A stretch of 64,000 nucleotides of DNA, from NCBI GenBank assembly GCA_965214705.1, contig OZ243972.1:1408001-1472000 (forward strand), read 5' to 3'. The notes under the pieces are model-generated. The model was not told the origin of the DNA. It ran no database searches and was given only the letters and a program-made list of their open reading frames with translations. Both the position numbers and the translations under genes were made by a program. The DNA is from Alphaproteobacteria bacterium (GTDB lineage Bacteria; Pseudomonadota; Alphaproteobacteria; UBA828). Below, piece after piece: positions 40,201 to 49,630 of the stretch; position 1 is the stretch's first letter; each line of letters starts with the position of its first letter.

Positions 40201-40255
40201 TCCCAACAGAACTGGGTTTCATACTTCCAACCGCGGAAGCCAATACACTAATCGG

Positions 40256-41617
40256 TTATGCAACAACCCCGCGGCCAACAATATCCGGTGCTTCATCATA
40301 GCTGATGCGGCGGTTGTTCAATAGCTGCGTTTGAATCGTCATCGGCGAGACATTGAAATGTTCAGCTGTATCATTCTGTTTTTCCTCCGAATAATCGCCT
40401 CCCAACATTTCGTCCACCGAAGCGAAGGGACTTAGTAACTCTGCAGCGAACGCGCGTTGCATCTTTTGCCGATAACTGTAGCTACGCGTCGCAGGGAAAA
40501 GCGGTTCTGCAGAACAGATCACTTGACTGCCAAACAGACGGTCTCCGACTAGGCGGGCGAGTTCGAACCGCCGTCCAGTCTCCCACTTGGACCTGAGAGA
40601 CACGCGAGCCCCGCCGTCATCCTGGTCAAGCGCGAAAGACATGTGATCCGAGCGTCGAACACTTTCTGTGATAGCGTTCCGCGTCGTACCTGCAAATTCC
40701 GCGAGACGCTCATCCGAAATAGGCTGCCCGTCCAAGTGTTCTTGATCGCGAAGCGCTCGCGCGGCTCGTACCCCCATGCGCCAAGCCTCAACCTCTCCTG
40801 GGCTCGGCACGTCCGTTCGCTCATCTAACCTAATCACATCGTTAGGGTTGGCATCAAAACCGCTCCTATATGCAATAAGAGTAACGTCTTCAGCGGTTAT
40901 CATCCTATCAGGGCTATGGCCTTGAAGAGCTGTGTCGGCGGCCATTTCGCCCAACGCCTCTTCCCCGAGTGTCGCCGCATCTCGGAGATGACGGAGTATC
41001 GAGTCCTCGTTAACCTCGTCAGGATCGCGGCCGAGTTGCGCTTCCAGTCGCCGGAAGCGCGCGAGCTCAGTGTCTTCCCGCTCCGCTTTTAGCTCGCTCC
41101 AAAGACGGTGAAGGTTAGTACCTCGACGATCTCGCCCCTCAAGTCTGGCTATAATATCTTCCACAAAACCATCGACAGCTATTTCCAATTCGATCGCCGG
41201 AACCGTTTCACGCCTAGATGCTCCAAAGTAACGGAACAGGACTTCGTCCGGATTTCGGGAAGGTTTGGAATCAAGAAAAGATCGTACTCCATCCGAAAAA
41301 ATAGCTATATTTGGCCATGCGAACCCATCACCAACGCTTGAAAGCCGATGGGCAAAGTCCCAGCGGTGAGCAGCTTCCTCATTGGACGGATATCCGAGCT
41401 CCCATCTGATTCGCCACCAGTTCCAAGCAAGCCATTCAGCCAAAGGATAGCCGGACACATAAGGGCCATGGCGAAGTTCGTTGTGCTCAGAATCGATTCC
41501 CTCTGTTTGCAACCTGTCGTTCGCTGTAATCGCGAAAAGGCCAAAGGTTGCAGTCTCTTCCACCGAACCGGTGGACAGATACTCAACGGAAAGAGAAATT
41601 GTCAAGCGATGGGGCAT
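40256..41617 (-). CDS. hypothetical protein with degenerate ImmA/IrrE (DUF955)-like C-terminal domain
   Basis: RRFELARLVGD, QRAFAAELLSP, HFNVSPMTI pattern without HExxH; Trp-rich N-terminal region (YPLAEWLAWNWWR); alternative ATG 41629. Confidence 0.65.
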   Translation of the reverse strand: MPHRLTISLSVEYLSTGSVEETATFGLFAITANDRLQTEGIDSEHNELRHGPYVSGYPLAEWLAWNWWRIRWELGYPSNEEAAHRWDFAHRLSSVGDGFAWPNIAIFSDGVRSFLDSKPSRNPDEVLFRYFGASRRETVPAIELEIAVDGFVEDIIARLEGRDRRGTNLHRLWSELKAEREDTELARFRRLEAQLGRDPDEVNEDSILRHLRDAATLGEEALGEMAADTALQGHSPDRMITAEDVTLIAYRSGFDANPNDVIRLDERTDVPSPGEVEAWRMGVRAARALRDQEHLDGQPISDERLAEFAGTTRNAITESVRRSDHMSFALDQDDGGARVSLRSKWETGRRFELARLVGDRLFGSQVICSAEPLFPATRSYSYRQKMQRAFAAELLSPFASVDEMLGGDYSEEKQNDTAEHFNVSPMTIQTQLLNNRRISYDEAPDIVGRGVVA

Positions 41618-42039
41618 CTTAGATTCCATTCTTTAACAACCAATTGCTGCATAGAATTATCATCGGAGCTCAGTTCGTATCCATGGTAATTCCGAGTGCC
41701 TCGTTCGATCTTTGCCTCGTAAGCGTGTCCTGGAGAATCGACTGCCCATACATACTTCGGCAGATTGCCCTCAAGGGACGTACTGATCATGCCTCGCCTT
41801 ATTCCCTCAAGAAAAAGAGCCGTTGCCTCTTCGAGTGTAATGCATCGGCTACCGTCGCACAGTGACTTACCTGGGCGAGGGTTGGCCGGCGGGTCGAAGC
41901 CATAATCGGCAGGTATTCGCTTGTGATGAGCGCTGCCGGTGTAGTGTGCTTCGTTCATAAGATGTTCCAAATAGGCCGGGTCAAGCTCGTGTATCGGAGC
42001 AATTCTACGCTTCGGGTTGTTGCTCTGGCGTCTAGGCAT
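41602..42039 (-). CDS. hypothetical protein, candidate RNase-type toxin
   Basis: YTGSAHHK, PKYVWAV, AYEAK, YHGY motifs; overlaps the next gene. Confidence 0.6.
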   Translation of the reverse strand: MPRRQSNNPKRRIAPIHELDPAYLEHLMNEAHYTGSAHHKRIPADYGFDPPANPRPGKSLCDGSRCITLEEATALFLEGIRRGMISTSLEGNLPKYVWAVDSPGHAYEAKIERGTRNYHGYELSSDDNSMQQLVVKEWNLRCPIA

Positions 42040-42275
42040 TAAAGCACATACGTTCTAGATGTTCTTCAAGATTCGAGATGGTGATCGTCTTATACACTCC
42101 GACACCTACAGACATCCACGTCCGAATGGGTAGACAAGGAGAATTTTGAAACGAGCATATGCCACCGTAACGATCCACTGCCGATGAGTATCAATAACGA
42201 ACCGCCCCAAACTCTGGTCACTTGTTGGGTCAGGTGGCAAATAAGATATCGGCTCGCCCGCTCAGGGTCAATGGC

Positions 42276-42495
42276 TCATCCGGCGACGTTGGCAATCCTG
42301 CTGGCGATACGATTGGCAGCCGACTTGACGGGATCGTTTGCAAGGTGGGCGTAGCGGGCCGGGGTCTGTACCTGGGTGTGTGTCCAAGAAGCTTGCCGAT
42401 CATGGGCAGGCCTTCGCCGAGTAGCAGTCCGCCGCTCGCATACGGATGGCGGAGGTCGTGAAGGCGCACATCTTCGATCCCGGCGTATGCGCAGC
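42276..42495 (-). pseudogene. tyrosine integrase C-terminal fragment
   Basis: RLHDLRH...IGKLLGH in one frame, TQVQT.ARYAHLANDPVK in another (shift in an ACACAC run); no N-terminus. Confidence 0.85.
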
Positions 42496-42932
42496 AGTGG
42501 CCGGCACCGACCATGGTGCCGCCACCGCTCGTTCCCGTGCCCTGAAGCCCCTGAGCGTCGCGGGCAGCCTCGTCCCAACCAGCAGGACCAACCATCCGTT
42601 TGCCCCTCAAGGGGCGAACGGATATGCGTCGTCGCAGCTTGCTCATCGATCCGGAAAAGCCGGATCTATCCGAGAAATCCGCGCCTCTGGCGCTCAAATC
42701 AATCCGGCAAAGCCGTCGTCATATTGCGTGCGAAACAACAGCGTGGACACAGGCCGCGGGCGGTGCGTTCTGCAGTGAGCCGCCGGTGCCGTTCGCGGTC
42801 GAGCCCTTTCGCCACTTCGGAGTTTCGGTATGCCATGATCGCCTTTCTGGAATCGGGTGGTGCGGAGGACGGAGGCGGAGCGCTCCGGTCGTGCGCCCCG
42901 CCGGCGCGAGGCCGGCAGGGCGCCGCGGGAGG

Positions 42933-43247
42933 TCACCGGCACCGCGCCATGTGGCCCCAGACGGCGAGCGCCCCCCAGTACTGGACGCCGGCAGAGGCAC
43001 GGTTGACGCCCGTGCAGACGATGATCTCGTCGCGCTCGGGCCGCAACTACTTGACGGTGCGCAGCGAGACGGTCTCGCGGACCGTGCGGCCCTTCTTCGC
43101 GGTCTTGCCGTCATGCCTAGGCGTGATCTGGCCGTCGGCGTGGGACTTGTATCTCTCGACCCTGTAGCGGTCCTCGCCGAGGCCACCGCCGAACAGGTGG
43201 ATCAAGAAGGTGCAGGCGTCGCTGCGTGGTGTCCTGATCGAACTCAT
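42933..43247 (-). pseudogene. small hypothetical gene with an in-frame TAG
   Basis: RBS GGAG and ATG 43247; frame continues past TAG 43047-43049 to TGA at 42933. Confidence 0.4.
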
Positions 43248-43457
43248 CGTGCCGTCTCCCGTGGTTGCCGATTGCGAGAACGGCGGGGGACGCCCTCTCC
43301 CCGGACGAGACCCGCCGCCCCGGTCCCGGCCAACCTCTCCCTCTCGGTGACGTGAGGGCACGGCGGGGGAGCGCTGCGATATCGGGGCGAGCGTAACCGG
43401 CCGGGACTGTCGCGGTGCTCCAGAATCATCGCGAAGGTCGGCCAGCCTATTCAAGAA

Positions 43458-44482
43458 GGCTCAATTAGCGAATCGTATGCTCTATCTCGTCACGGCGGCG
43501 GCGAGGCAGGCTCGATCATTGGCGCCGGGGGCGATGCCGACGAGGTGGAACCAGCTCAGATAGTTGTCCAGATAGCGGGTGGCGACGCCCCGGCGGGGTC
43601 GCAGGAAGTCCTTCCAGCGGCTGTGGCGGCTGTTCACCGTCTGCACATGCAGATCGCCCCGAACCCGTTCCCCCATCGACCGGTTGAGGCTCTCGTGGCT
43701 CACGCCGAGCGCGGCGGCGCACGGCGGGTAGCTCGCGCCGCCGTCGGAGACCAGCAGGGCGTCCCTGGCGACCACCGGATCGAGGGCGGCCGTGAGCACC
43801 ATCGCATCGACCCTGGGCAGCACCGCGCTGAACGTCGTCCCGCCACGGTCCACCGCCATGAGAACCGGCACCTGCTCGCGCGAGAGACCGCGCTTCTTCG
43901 CCTTGCCGCCGCGACGGCGCGCCTTGCGCCCCAGCTTGCGCGTGCCCTTCCGGCTCTCCAGCATGTACGTCTCGTCCGCCTCCACAATGCCCTTGAGCAC
44001 CCCCGAACCACCCCGCGCCGCCGCTAGAAAGCGGTGACGCCAGCGGAACGCCGTGCTCACCGCCACATCGCAGCGCTCCGCCGACGCCTTCACCGTCTCG
44101 CCTTGTGCAAGCGAGGCCCCGAACGACAGCCAGCGCTCCTTGTGGTGCAGGCCCGACAGCGGGGTGCCGGTCAGCGCGTTGAAGGTCTTGCCGCAGCCCT
44201 TGCATTGGTAGCGCCGCAGGCCCCGCGCCATGCCGCGCGAAACCGCCCCCTCGCGCGCGCAATGCGGGCAACGCCGGGCCTCGTCCACAGCGAGCTCGAT
44301 CGCCGCCTTCGACGCCTCGCCTGCGCTCCGGCCGGACAGCACCGCCAGCGCCTCGCGCCGCTGTGCCCGCGTCAGCCCGCCCGCCGCCGAAAGCCAGACC
44401 TGAAAGTCCTGACTGTCCATGACCCAACCTCCTGTGATTCGGGCCATTCTACCAACAATGCATACGATTCGCTAATTGAGCC
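43458..44482 (-). mobile_element. intact IS1595-family element (ISPna2-like), 1025 bp
   Basis: 23-bp perfect TIR GGCTCAATTAGCGAATCGTATGC; 8-bp DR TTCAAGAA at 43450-43457 and 44483-44490. Confidence 0.95.
43482..44420 (-). CDS. IS1595 family transposase
   Basis: CPHC and YQCKGC Zn ribbon, TAFRWRHRFL, VEADETY, LVSDG, HVQTVNSRH, GVATRYL. Confidence 0.95.
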   Translation of the reverse strand: MDSQDFQVWLSAAGGLTRAQRREALAVLSGRSAGEASKAAIELAVDEARRCPHCAREGAVSRGMARGLRRYQCKGCGKTFNALTGTPLSGLHHKERWLSFGASLAQGETVKASAERCDVAVSTAFRWRHRFLAAARGGSGVLKGIVEADETYMLESRKGTRKLGRKARRRGGKAKKRGLSREQVPVLMAVDRGGTTFSAVLPRVDAMVLTAALDPVVARDALLVSDGGASYPPCAAALGVSHESLNRSMGERVRGDLHVQTVNSRHSRWKDFLRPRRGVATRYLDNYLSWFHLVGIAPGANDRACLAAAVTR

Positions 44483-44668
44483 TTCAAGAAGACACGCCGA
44501 GGCTGCTCTCGGCATCAGCCAGATAGAGCTAAGTCCCTGTCCACGTAGGGTTCGGCGGCGCTCTTGATATGGACGACCCTAATAGAGCAGGGCGGAGACA
44601 GCCAAGGGAGGAGCTAAGTTGGTCCACTGTCGAAAGCGCTCATGGTCGCCGCGGTGCTGAGCCACCCC

Positions 44669-45005
44669 GTAGCCCATCTCGTGCTCGACAACTACAGCAC
44701 CCACAAGACCGCCATGCTCCACCAATGGCTGGCCCGCCATCCCCGCTTCCATCTCCACTTCCACTTCCACTTCACGCCAACCAGCGCCGCCTGGCTCAAC
44801 TTGGTGGAGCGCTGGTTCGCCCTTCTCACCGAGAAGCAGATCCGGCGCGCCACCCACCGCAGCACCGCACAACTCGAGAAAGCGATCACAGACTACCTCG
44901 ACACCTACAACCAGAACCCCAAACCGTTCACATGGACCAAGACCGCCGATCAAATCCCCGAGGCGCTCATCATACTGTAAAGTCATTTCCGATACAGAAC
45001 ACTGG
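44669..45005 (+). pseudogene. IS630 transposase C-terminal remnant
   Basis: LVLDNYSTHK, HFTPTSAAWLNLVERWF, PKPFTWTKTADQI; 5' part missing. Confidence 0.88.
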
Positions 45006-45034
45006 GCGTCGGCGAACCTGAGGGAGGTGCTGGC

Positions 45035-45355
45035 ATGGCGACGCTGAAGCGGGCCGACTTGAGAGACGCGGTCCACCACGAGATCGGGCTGCCGCGCAAC
45101 GAGGCGGCGGCGCTTGTCGATACCGTCATCGAGGCCGTCGCCGAGCGGCTGTCCGCCGGGAAGCCGGTGAAGATCTCCGGCTTCGGCAGCTTCGCCGTGC
45201 GGGCCAAGAAGGCGCGCATGGGCCGCAACCCGAAGACCGGTGAACCGGCTGCGATATCGCCGCGCCGGGTCGTGGTGTTCCGCGCGTCGCAGAAGCTGAA
45301 GAAGTCGATCGGCAACGGGCCGGCCGGGCTCATGCCCGGGCCGTCTCTGCGGTGA
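45035..45355 (+). CDS. integration host factor alpha-like protein (island-borne)
   Basis: VKISGFGSF, RMGRNPKTGE, RRVVVFRASQKLK; RBS GGAGG. Confidence 0.9.
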   Translation: MATLKRADLRDAVHHEIGLPRNEAAALVDTVIEAVAERLSAGKPVKISGFGSFAVRAKKARMGRNPKTGEPAAISPRRVVVFRASQKLKKSIGNGPAGLMPGPSLR

Positions 45356-45467
45356 AGCGGCGCCCGCGGTCTGCGAACCCCCGTGTCGGGCATCGCGGAT
45401 GCCCAATGACGGGATCCCGAACCAGCCGGCGGGCGGCGGCCGAAGGAGGGGGCGTCGGCGCAGCCGA

Positions 45468-45620
45468 TCACCAGGAGCCAAGGGACGTGCATTCGGAGAC
45501 GTCCTGGACGATCTTCACCCGGTCGGGCGCCAGCCGCGCGAGCGCCAGGCAGGTGAGAACCTCGGCCTCGGTCTCGTAGGCGCAGGTGCCGTGATCGATC
45601 CCGGTGTCAATTTCGATCAC
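45468..45620 (-). CDS. small hypothetical protein (50 aa)
   Basis: GTG after GGAG; VIEIDTGIDHGTCAYETEAEVLTCLALARL..., host-like codon usage. Confidence 0.35.
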   Translation of the reverse strand: MIEIDTGIDHGTCAYETEAEVLTCLALARLAPDRVKIVQDVSECTSLGSW

Positions 45621-45735
45621 GGTGAAGCTCCGGTGTCTTCCTCTATCTGCGCATGCGCTAACGCGGCCGACGTATGCACGGTCGGCGCGGCCGGTCGCGC
45701 GGCGAGTGGAACGCGAAGGGACTTTCGCCTCGCGG

Positions 45736-46896
45736 CTACCGAGCCTGCATGCCCATGGTGTCCGCGATGGCCTTTCCGACCCTCTCGGCGGCGGCTTCGA
45801 TGTCGCGGTCGCCGAGGTGGGCGTAGCGGAGCGTCATGCGCGAATTGGAGTGGCCAAGCAGCCGGGAGACGACAGGGACCGCCACGCCGTTCATCACGGC
45901 GTGGCTCGCCACGGTATGGCGCAGGTCATGAAGGCGCGCGTCCTCGATGCCGGCCTTGCGGCGGACCCGGTACCAGAGAGAGAGTTCGGACCCGCGCGGC
46001 CGCGACGGATCGCGCGGCGAAGGGAACACGAACCGGCTTTCTCCCCGCTTCTGGCGGTCCAGGATGCTCCTGGCCTGGGCGTTGAGGGGAACCTTTCTCG
46101 GCCCGGTCTTGCTGTCGGCAAGCATCAGCGCGCCGCCCTGGACCTCGGACCAGCGGAGCCCGGCGATTTCTCCCCTGCGGCATCCGGTGAGAAGCAGCAG
46201 GCGGACGATGTCGGCCTGCGGCCTGAAGCGCTCTCCCCGCTTGGCCTCTTCGTCGAGGACGGCGTGAAGACGCGCGATCTCCTCGCGCGACAGGAAGCGC
46301 GTCATCGGCGGCCGGCGGTTGGGCGCGATGCCCTGCGCGGGGTTGCTGTCGAGGAGGCTGCGGGCGATGGCGAAGTTGAAGATCGAGCGAAGCAGCTTGA
46401 GCGCGTTGTTGGCGTTGCCGGGCGCGGCGCAGCTGAATGCGTCGAACCAGCGCCTGACCTGCGCAGGCGTTATGCGCTCGAGCGGGGTCGCGCCGAAGGC
46501 GGGGAGGAGGCGGGTATCGAGCAGGCAGGCATAGGACTTCCTGGTCGCGGGCTTGCAGCGCCCGAAAATCGCCTCCTTCCATGGACCCTCCACGAACTCG
46601 CGGAACAGGGGGGCGGCGGGCGCCGGACGGACGGGCTTGTCCGTCTCCGGGCTTGCCCGGCGCTCATGGCACTCCCGCCGCGCCTGCTCCACGGTCCTCG
46701 TCGAGACCGGGCCGAGGGAGACGCGCCTGGAGCGCCCCCCGGCGTGCTCCAGCAGAACCCAGGTCTTTCCGCCGCTCGGACGGACCCGGACCCCGAGGCC
46801 GGGCGCGCTCTTGTCCCAGACGGCATACTCCCGCGCGCGGGGGCGGAGACCGGCGACGGCGTCGTCGGTGAGCTTCCTGCGTTCCCTTGCCGGCAC
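45736..46896 (-). CDS. tyrosine integrase with arm-DNA-binding N-domain (tandem copy 2)
   Basis: GLGVRVRPSGGK, LTGCRRGE, KTG, HDLRH, LLGH, RY. Confidence 0.95.
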   Translation of the reverse strand: MPARERRKLTDDAVAGLRPRAREYAVWDKSAPGLGVRVRPSGGKTWVLLEHAGGRSRRVSLGPVSTRTVEQARRECHERRASPETDKPVRPAPAAPLFREFVEGPWKEAIFGRCKPATRKSYACLLDTRLLPAFGATPLERITPAQVRRWFDAFSCAAPGNANNALKLLRSIFNFAIARSLLDSNPAQGIAPNRRPPMTRFLSREEIARLHAVLDEEAKRGERFRPQADIVRLLLLTGCRRGEIAGLRWSEVQGGALMLADSKTGPRKVPLNAQARSILDRQKRGESRFVFPSPRDPSRPRGSELSLWYRVRRKAGIEDARLHDLRHTVASHAVMNGVAVPVVSRLLGHSNSRMTLRYAHLGDRDIEAAAERVGKAIADTMGMQAR

Positions 46897-46899
46897 GGC

Positions 46900-48021
46900 T
46901 CAGCTCCCCAGCAGGGCGCCGATGGTCTCGGCGGCCTGCCGCGTCATCGCGTCGGCCGGGTGGGCATACTTGAGGGTGGTCCCCGGATCGGCATGTCCGA
47001 GCAGTCTGCCGATGGCGAGCACGGTCTCGCCCTCGCGCAGCGCGATGCTGGCATGGGTATGGCGGAGATCGTGAAGACGGGCGTCGCCGAGGTCGGCCTC
47101 CGCCCGGATGCGCCACCAGAAGCTGTCCAGCCAGTGTTCGCAGTACGCGCGTCCGGTATGGGGCGACGGAAAGACCCAACGGCCGGCCCGCGCGATGCCG
47201 TCGAGGACGGCCCGCGCGGGCGCGGACAGCCATACGGTCCTCGGTCCGGTCTTGGAGTCGCGCAGGAACAGGCGGCCCTCGCGGTAGTCGGACCAGCGGA
47301 GCGTCAGGATCTCGCTCTTGCGGCATCCGGTCAAAAGGAGCAGGCGGATCGCGGCGACCTGCCCCGGACACGCCTCGGCGTGCGCCGACAGCACCCGGGA
47401 GAGCCTCCGGATCTCGTCGTCCGACAGGACCCGCTCGCGCCCCTTGCGGCGGTATCGCCGGATGCCCCGGCAGGGGTTGGAGCCCTCGGGCCGCAGCCCC
47501 ATCCGTTCCGCCTCCTTCATGACGACGGAGAGGATCGGCATGGACCTGTCGGCGGCGGCCGGCGTGGCGGCCAGCGAGGCGAACCAGTCGCGCACCGCGC
47601 GCCGGTCGATATCGGCGACATTGCGCCCCGCGAAATGGGGCATGATCTGGTTGCGGAGGTAGCCCCGGTTGACACCGAGCGTGCGCGGCTTCCATGTCCG
47701 CTCGTACTGCCGGAATACGGTCTCCGCGACGGCCTCGAAGAGCGCCTCCTCGGGACGGGGCGGCGCGGTGTCGCCCCGCCTGATCGCGGCCAGCATCCCG
47801 CTCGCGCGCGAGCGCGCCTCGATCACGCCGACCGCCTCGGCGTCTCCGACGATCTTCCACACCCGCTTGCCGCGATGCTGGCAGTGGACGAAGAAGCGCT
47901 TGCCGCCCGAGGGCAGCACCCGGACGCCGAAGCCCTTGAGCTTGCCGTCGCGGACGTCGTAGGCGGCCTTGCGGGGCTTGAGCGCCCCGATGCGGGCGTC
48001 GGTGAGGTTGTTTTTGGGCAT
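46900..48021 (-). CDS. tyrosine integrase with arm-DNA-binding N-domain (tandem copy 1)
   Basis: GFGVRVLPSGGK, LTGCRKSE, KTG, HDLRH, LLGH, KY. Confidence 0.95.
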   Translation of the reverse strand: MPKNNLTDARIGALKPRKAAYDVRDGKLKGFGVRVLPSGGKRFFVHCQHRGKRVWKIVGDAEAVGVIEARSRASGMLAAIRRGDTAPPRPEEALFEAVAETVFRQYERTWKPRTLGVNRGYLRNQIMPHFAGRNVADIDRRAVRDWFASLAATPAAADRSMPILSVVMKEAERMGLRPEGSNPCRGIRRYRRKGRERVLSDDEIRRLSRVLSAHAEACPGQVAAIRLLLLTGCRKSEILTLRWSDYREGRLFLRDSKTGPRTVWLSAPARAVLDGIARAGRWVFPSPHTGRAYCEHWLDSFWWRIRAEADLGDARLHDLRHTHASIALREGETVLAIGRLLGHADPGTTLKYAHPADAMTRQAAETIGALLGS

Positions 48022-48151
48022 ATCCTCTCTCCCGGTTGCGATTGCAGCCGGGGAACCGGGCGTTGACCGATCCGTCCGGATGCAACAAGATGCGGGAGAA
48101 AAAGCGACCCTTTGTCAGACAGTTAGCACCGCAGGTGCGCCGTCCGGTGTG

Positions 48152-49576
48152 CTACTCCGCAGGGCGCACGCGGGCGATCCTGAGCGCGTTGGTGGTGCCA
48201 GGCGTTCCGAAAGGCACGCCGGCTGTAATGACGATGCGCTCGCCCGGCGCCGCGTGGCCGGCGGCGAGCGCCTGGGCGCAGGCCTTCTCCACCATGTCGG
48301 TGAAGCCCGTGGCGTCGTCGGTGTGAACGCAGTGAACGCCCCAGAGGAGCGCAAGCCGGCGCGCGGTGCCGCGATCCGGCGTCAGCACGAGAATCGGCAC
48401 CGGCGGGCGCTCACGCGCGGCCCGAAGCGCGGTCGAGCCCGAGGTGGTGTAGGTCGCGATGGCGGCGGCATCCAGGGTCTCCGCCACCTGGCGCGCCGCC
48501 GCGGTGATCGCATCGGCCGTGGTCGCCTCCGGGTCCTGCCGCTGCCAGTGGACGTGGCGCCGGTAGGACGGATCGCTCTCCACGCGCTCGACGATGCGGT
48601 TCATCATCGCCACGGCCTCGATCGGATAGCGCCCGGTGGCGGATTCGCCCGAGAGCATGAGCGCATCGGCCCCGTCGTAGACCGCCGTCGCCACGTCCGA
48701 GGCTTCGGCGCGGGTCGGCGACGGCGCGTTCATCATCGAATCCAGCATCTGGGTCGCGACCACCACCGGTTTGCCCGCCTCCCGTGCCGCGCGGACGATG
48801 CGCTTCTGCGCTGCTGGCACCTCCTCGGGCGCGAGCTCCACGCCGAGATCGCCGCGTGCCACCATGATCGCGTCGGAGAGCGCGACAACCTCCTCCAGGC
48901 AGTCGAGCGCCGCGGGCTTCTCCAGCTTGGCGACGATGGAGACACGATCCGGCACCAAGCGGCGGGCGGTCCTGACGTCCTCCGGCCCCTGGACGAAGGA
49001 GAGCGCCACCCAGTCGACCCCGAGCTCCAGGGCGAAGGCGAGGTCCTCGCGATCCTTCGGCGTGACCGCATCGATGGGCAGCGTCACGCCCGGCAGGTTG
49101 AGGCCCTTGCGGTCGGAGAGGACGCCAGCCGTTACCACCACGGTCTCGGCATGATCCGGCCCGCAGGCGGCGACGCGGAGCCGCACCCTGCCGTCATCGA
49201 GCAGGACCTCCGCGCCGGGCGCGAGCGCCGCAAAGATCTCCGGGTGCGGTACAGGCGCGCGGGTCTCGTCCCCCGGCTCTTGGCCGAGGGTGAGGGTGAA
49301 GCGCTGGCCCTGCACGAGCGCCACCTCGCCCTTCCCGAACGTGCCGATCCTGAGCTTCGGTCCCTGAAGGTCGGCGAGGATGCCGATGGGCCTGCCGACC
49401 GCATCCTCGACCGCGCGGACGAGGGCGTGGCGGGCCCGATGTTCGGCGTGGCTCGCGTGGCTGAAGTTGAGGCGGAATACGTCCACGCCGGTCTCGAACA
49501 GCGCGCGGACCGTCGCCTCGTCGGCGCTCGATGGCCCGAGGGTCGCGACGATCTTGGCGCTGCGGTGGCGTCGCAC
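48152..49576 (-). CDS. pyk: pyruvate kinase
   Basis: KIVATLGP, RLNFSH, DLQGPK, MVARGDLGVE, TRAE, MLSGES. Confidence 0.97.
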   Translation of the reverse strand: MRRHRSAKIVATLGPSSADEATVRALFETGVDVFRLNFSHASHAEHRARHALVRAVEDAVGRPIGILADLQGPKLRIGTFGKGEVALVQGQRFTLTLGQEPGDETRAPVPHPEIFAALAPGAEVLLDDGRVRLRVAACGPDHAETVVVTAGVLSDRKGLNLPGVTLPIDAVTPKDREDLAFALELGVDWVALSFVQGPEDVRTARRLVPDRVSIVAKLEKPAALDCLEEVVALSDAIMVARGDLGVELAPEEVPAAQKRIVRAAREAGKPVVVATQMLDSMMNAPSPTRAEASDVATAVYDGADALMLSGESATGRYPIEAVAMMNRIVERVESDPSYRRHVHWQRQDPEATTADAITAAARQVAETLDAAAIATYTTSGSTALRAARERPPVPILVLTPDRGTARRLALLWGVHCVHTDDATGFTDMVEKACAQALAAGHAAPGERIVITAGVPFGTPGTTNALRIARVRPAE

Positions 49577-49630
49577 GACTCGTGCCCCTGCGGTCTACCC
49601 GCTCCTATATCGGCACGGCGCCGTCAGCGG

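Noticed and set aside
44750-44775. CCACTT tandem repeat giving HFHFHF
   Set aside because: Slippage inside a dead IS630 fragment; no function implied.
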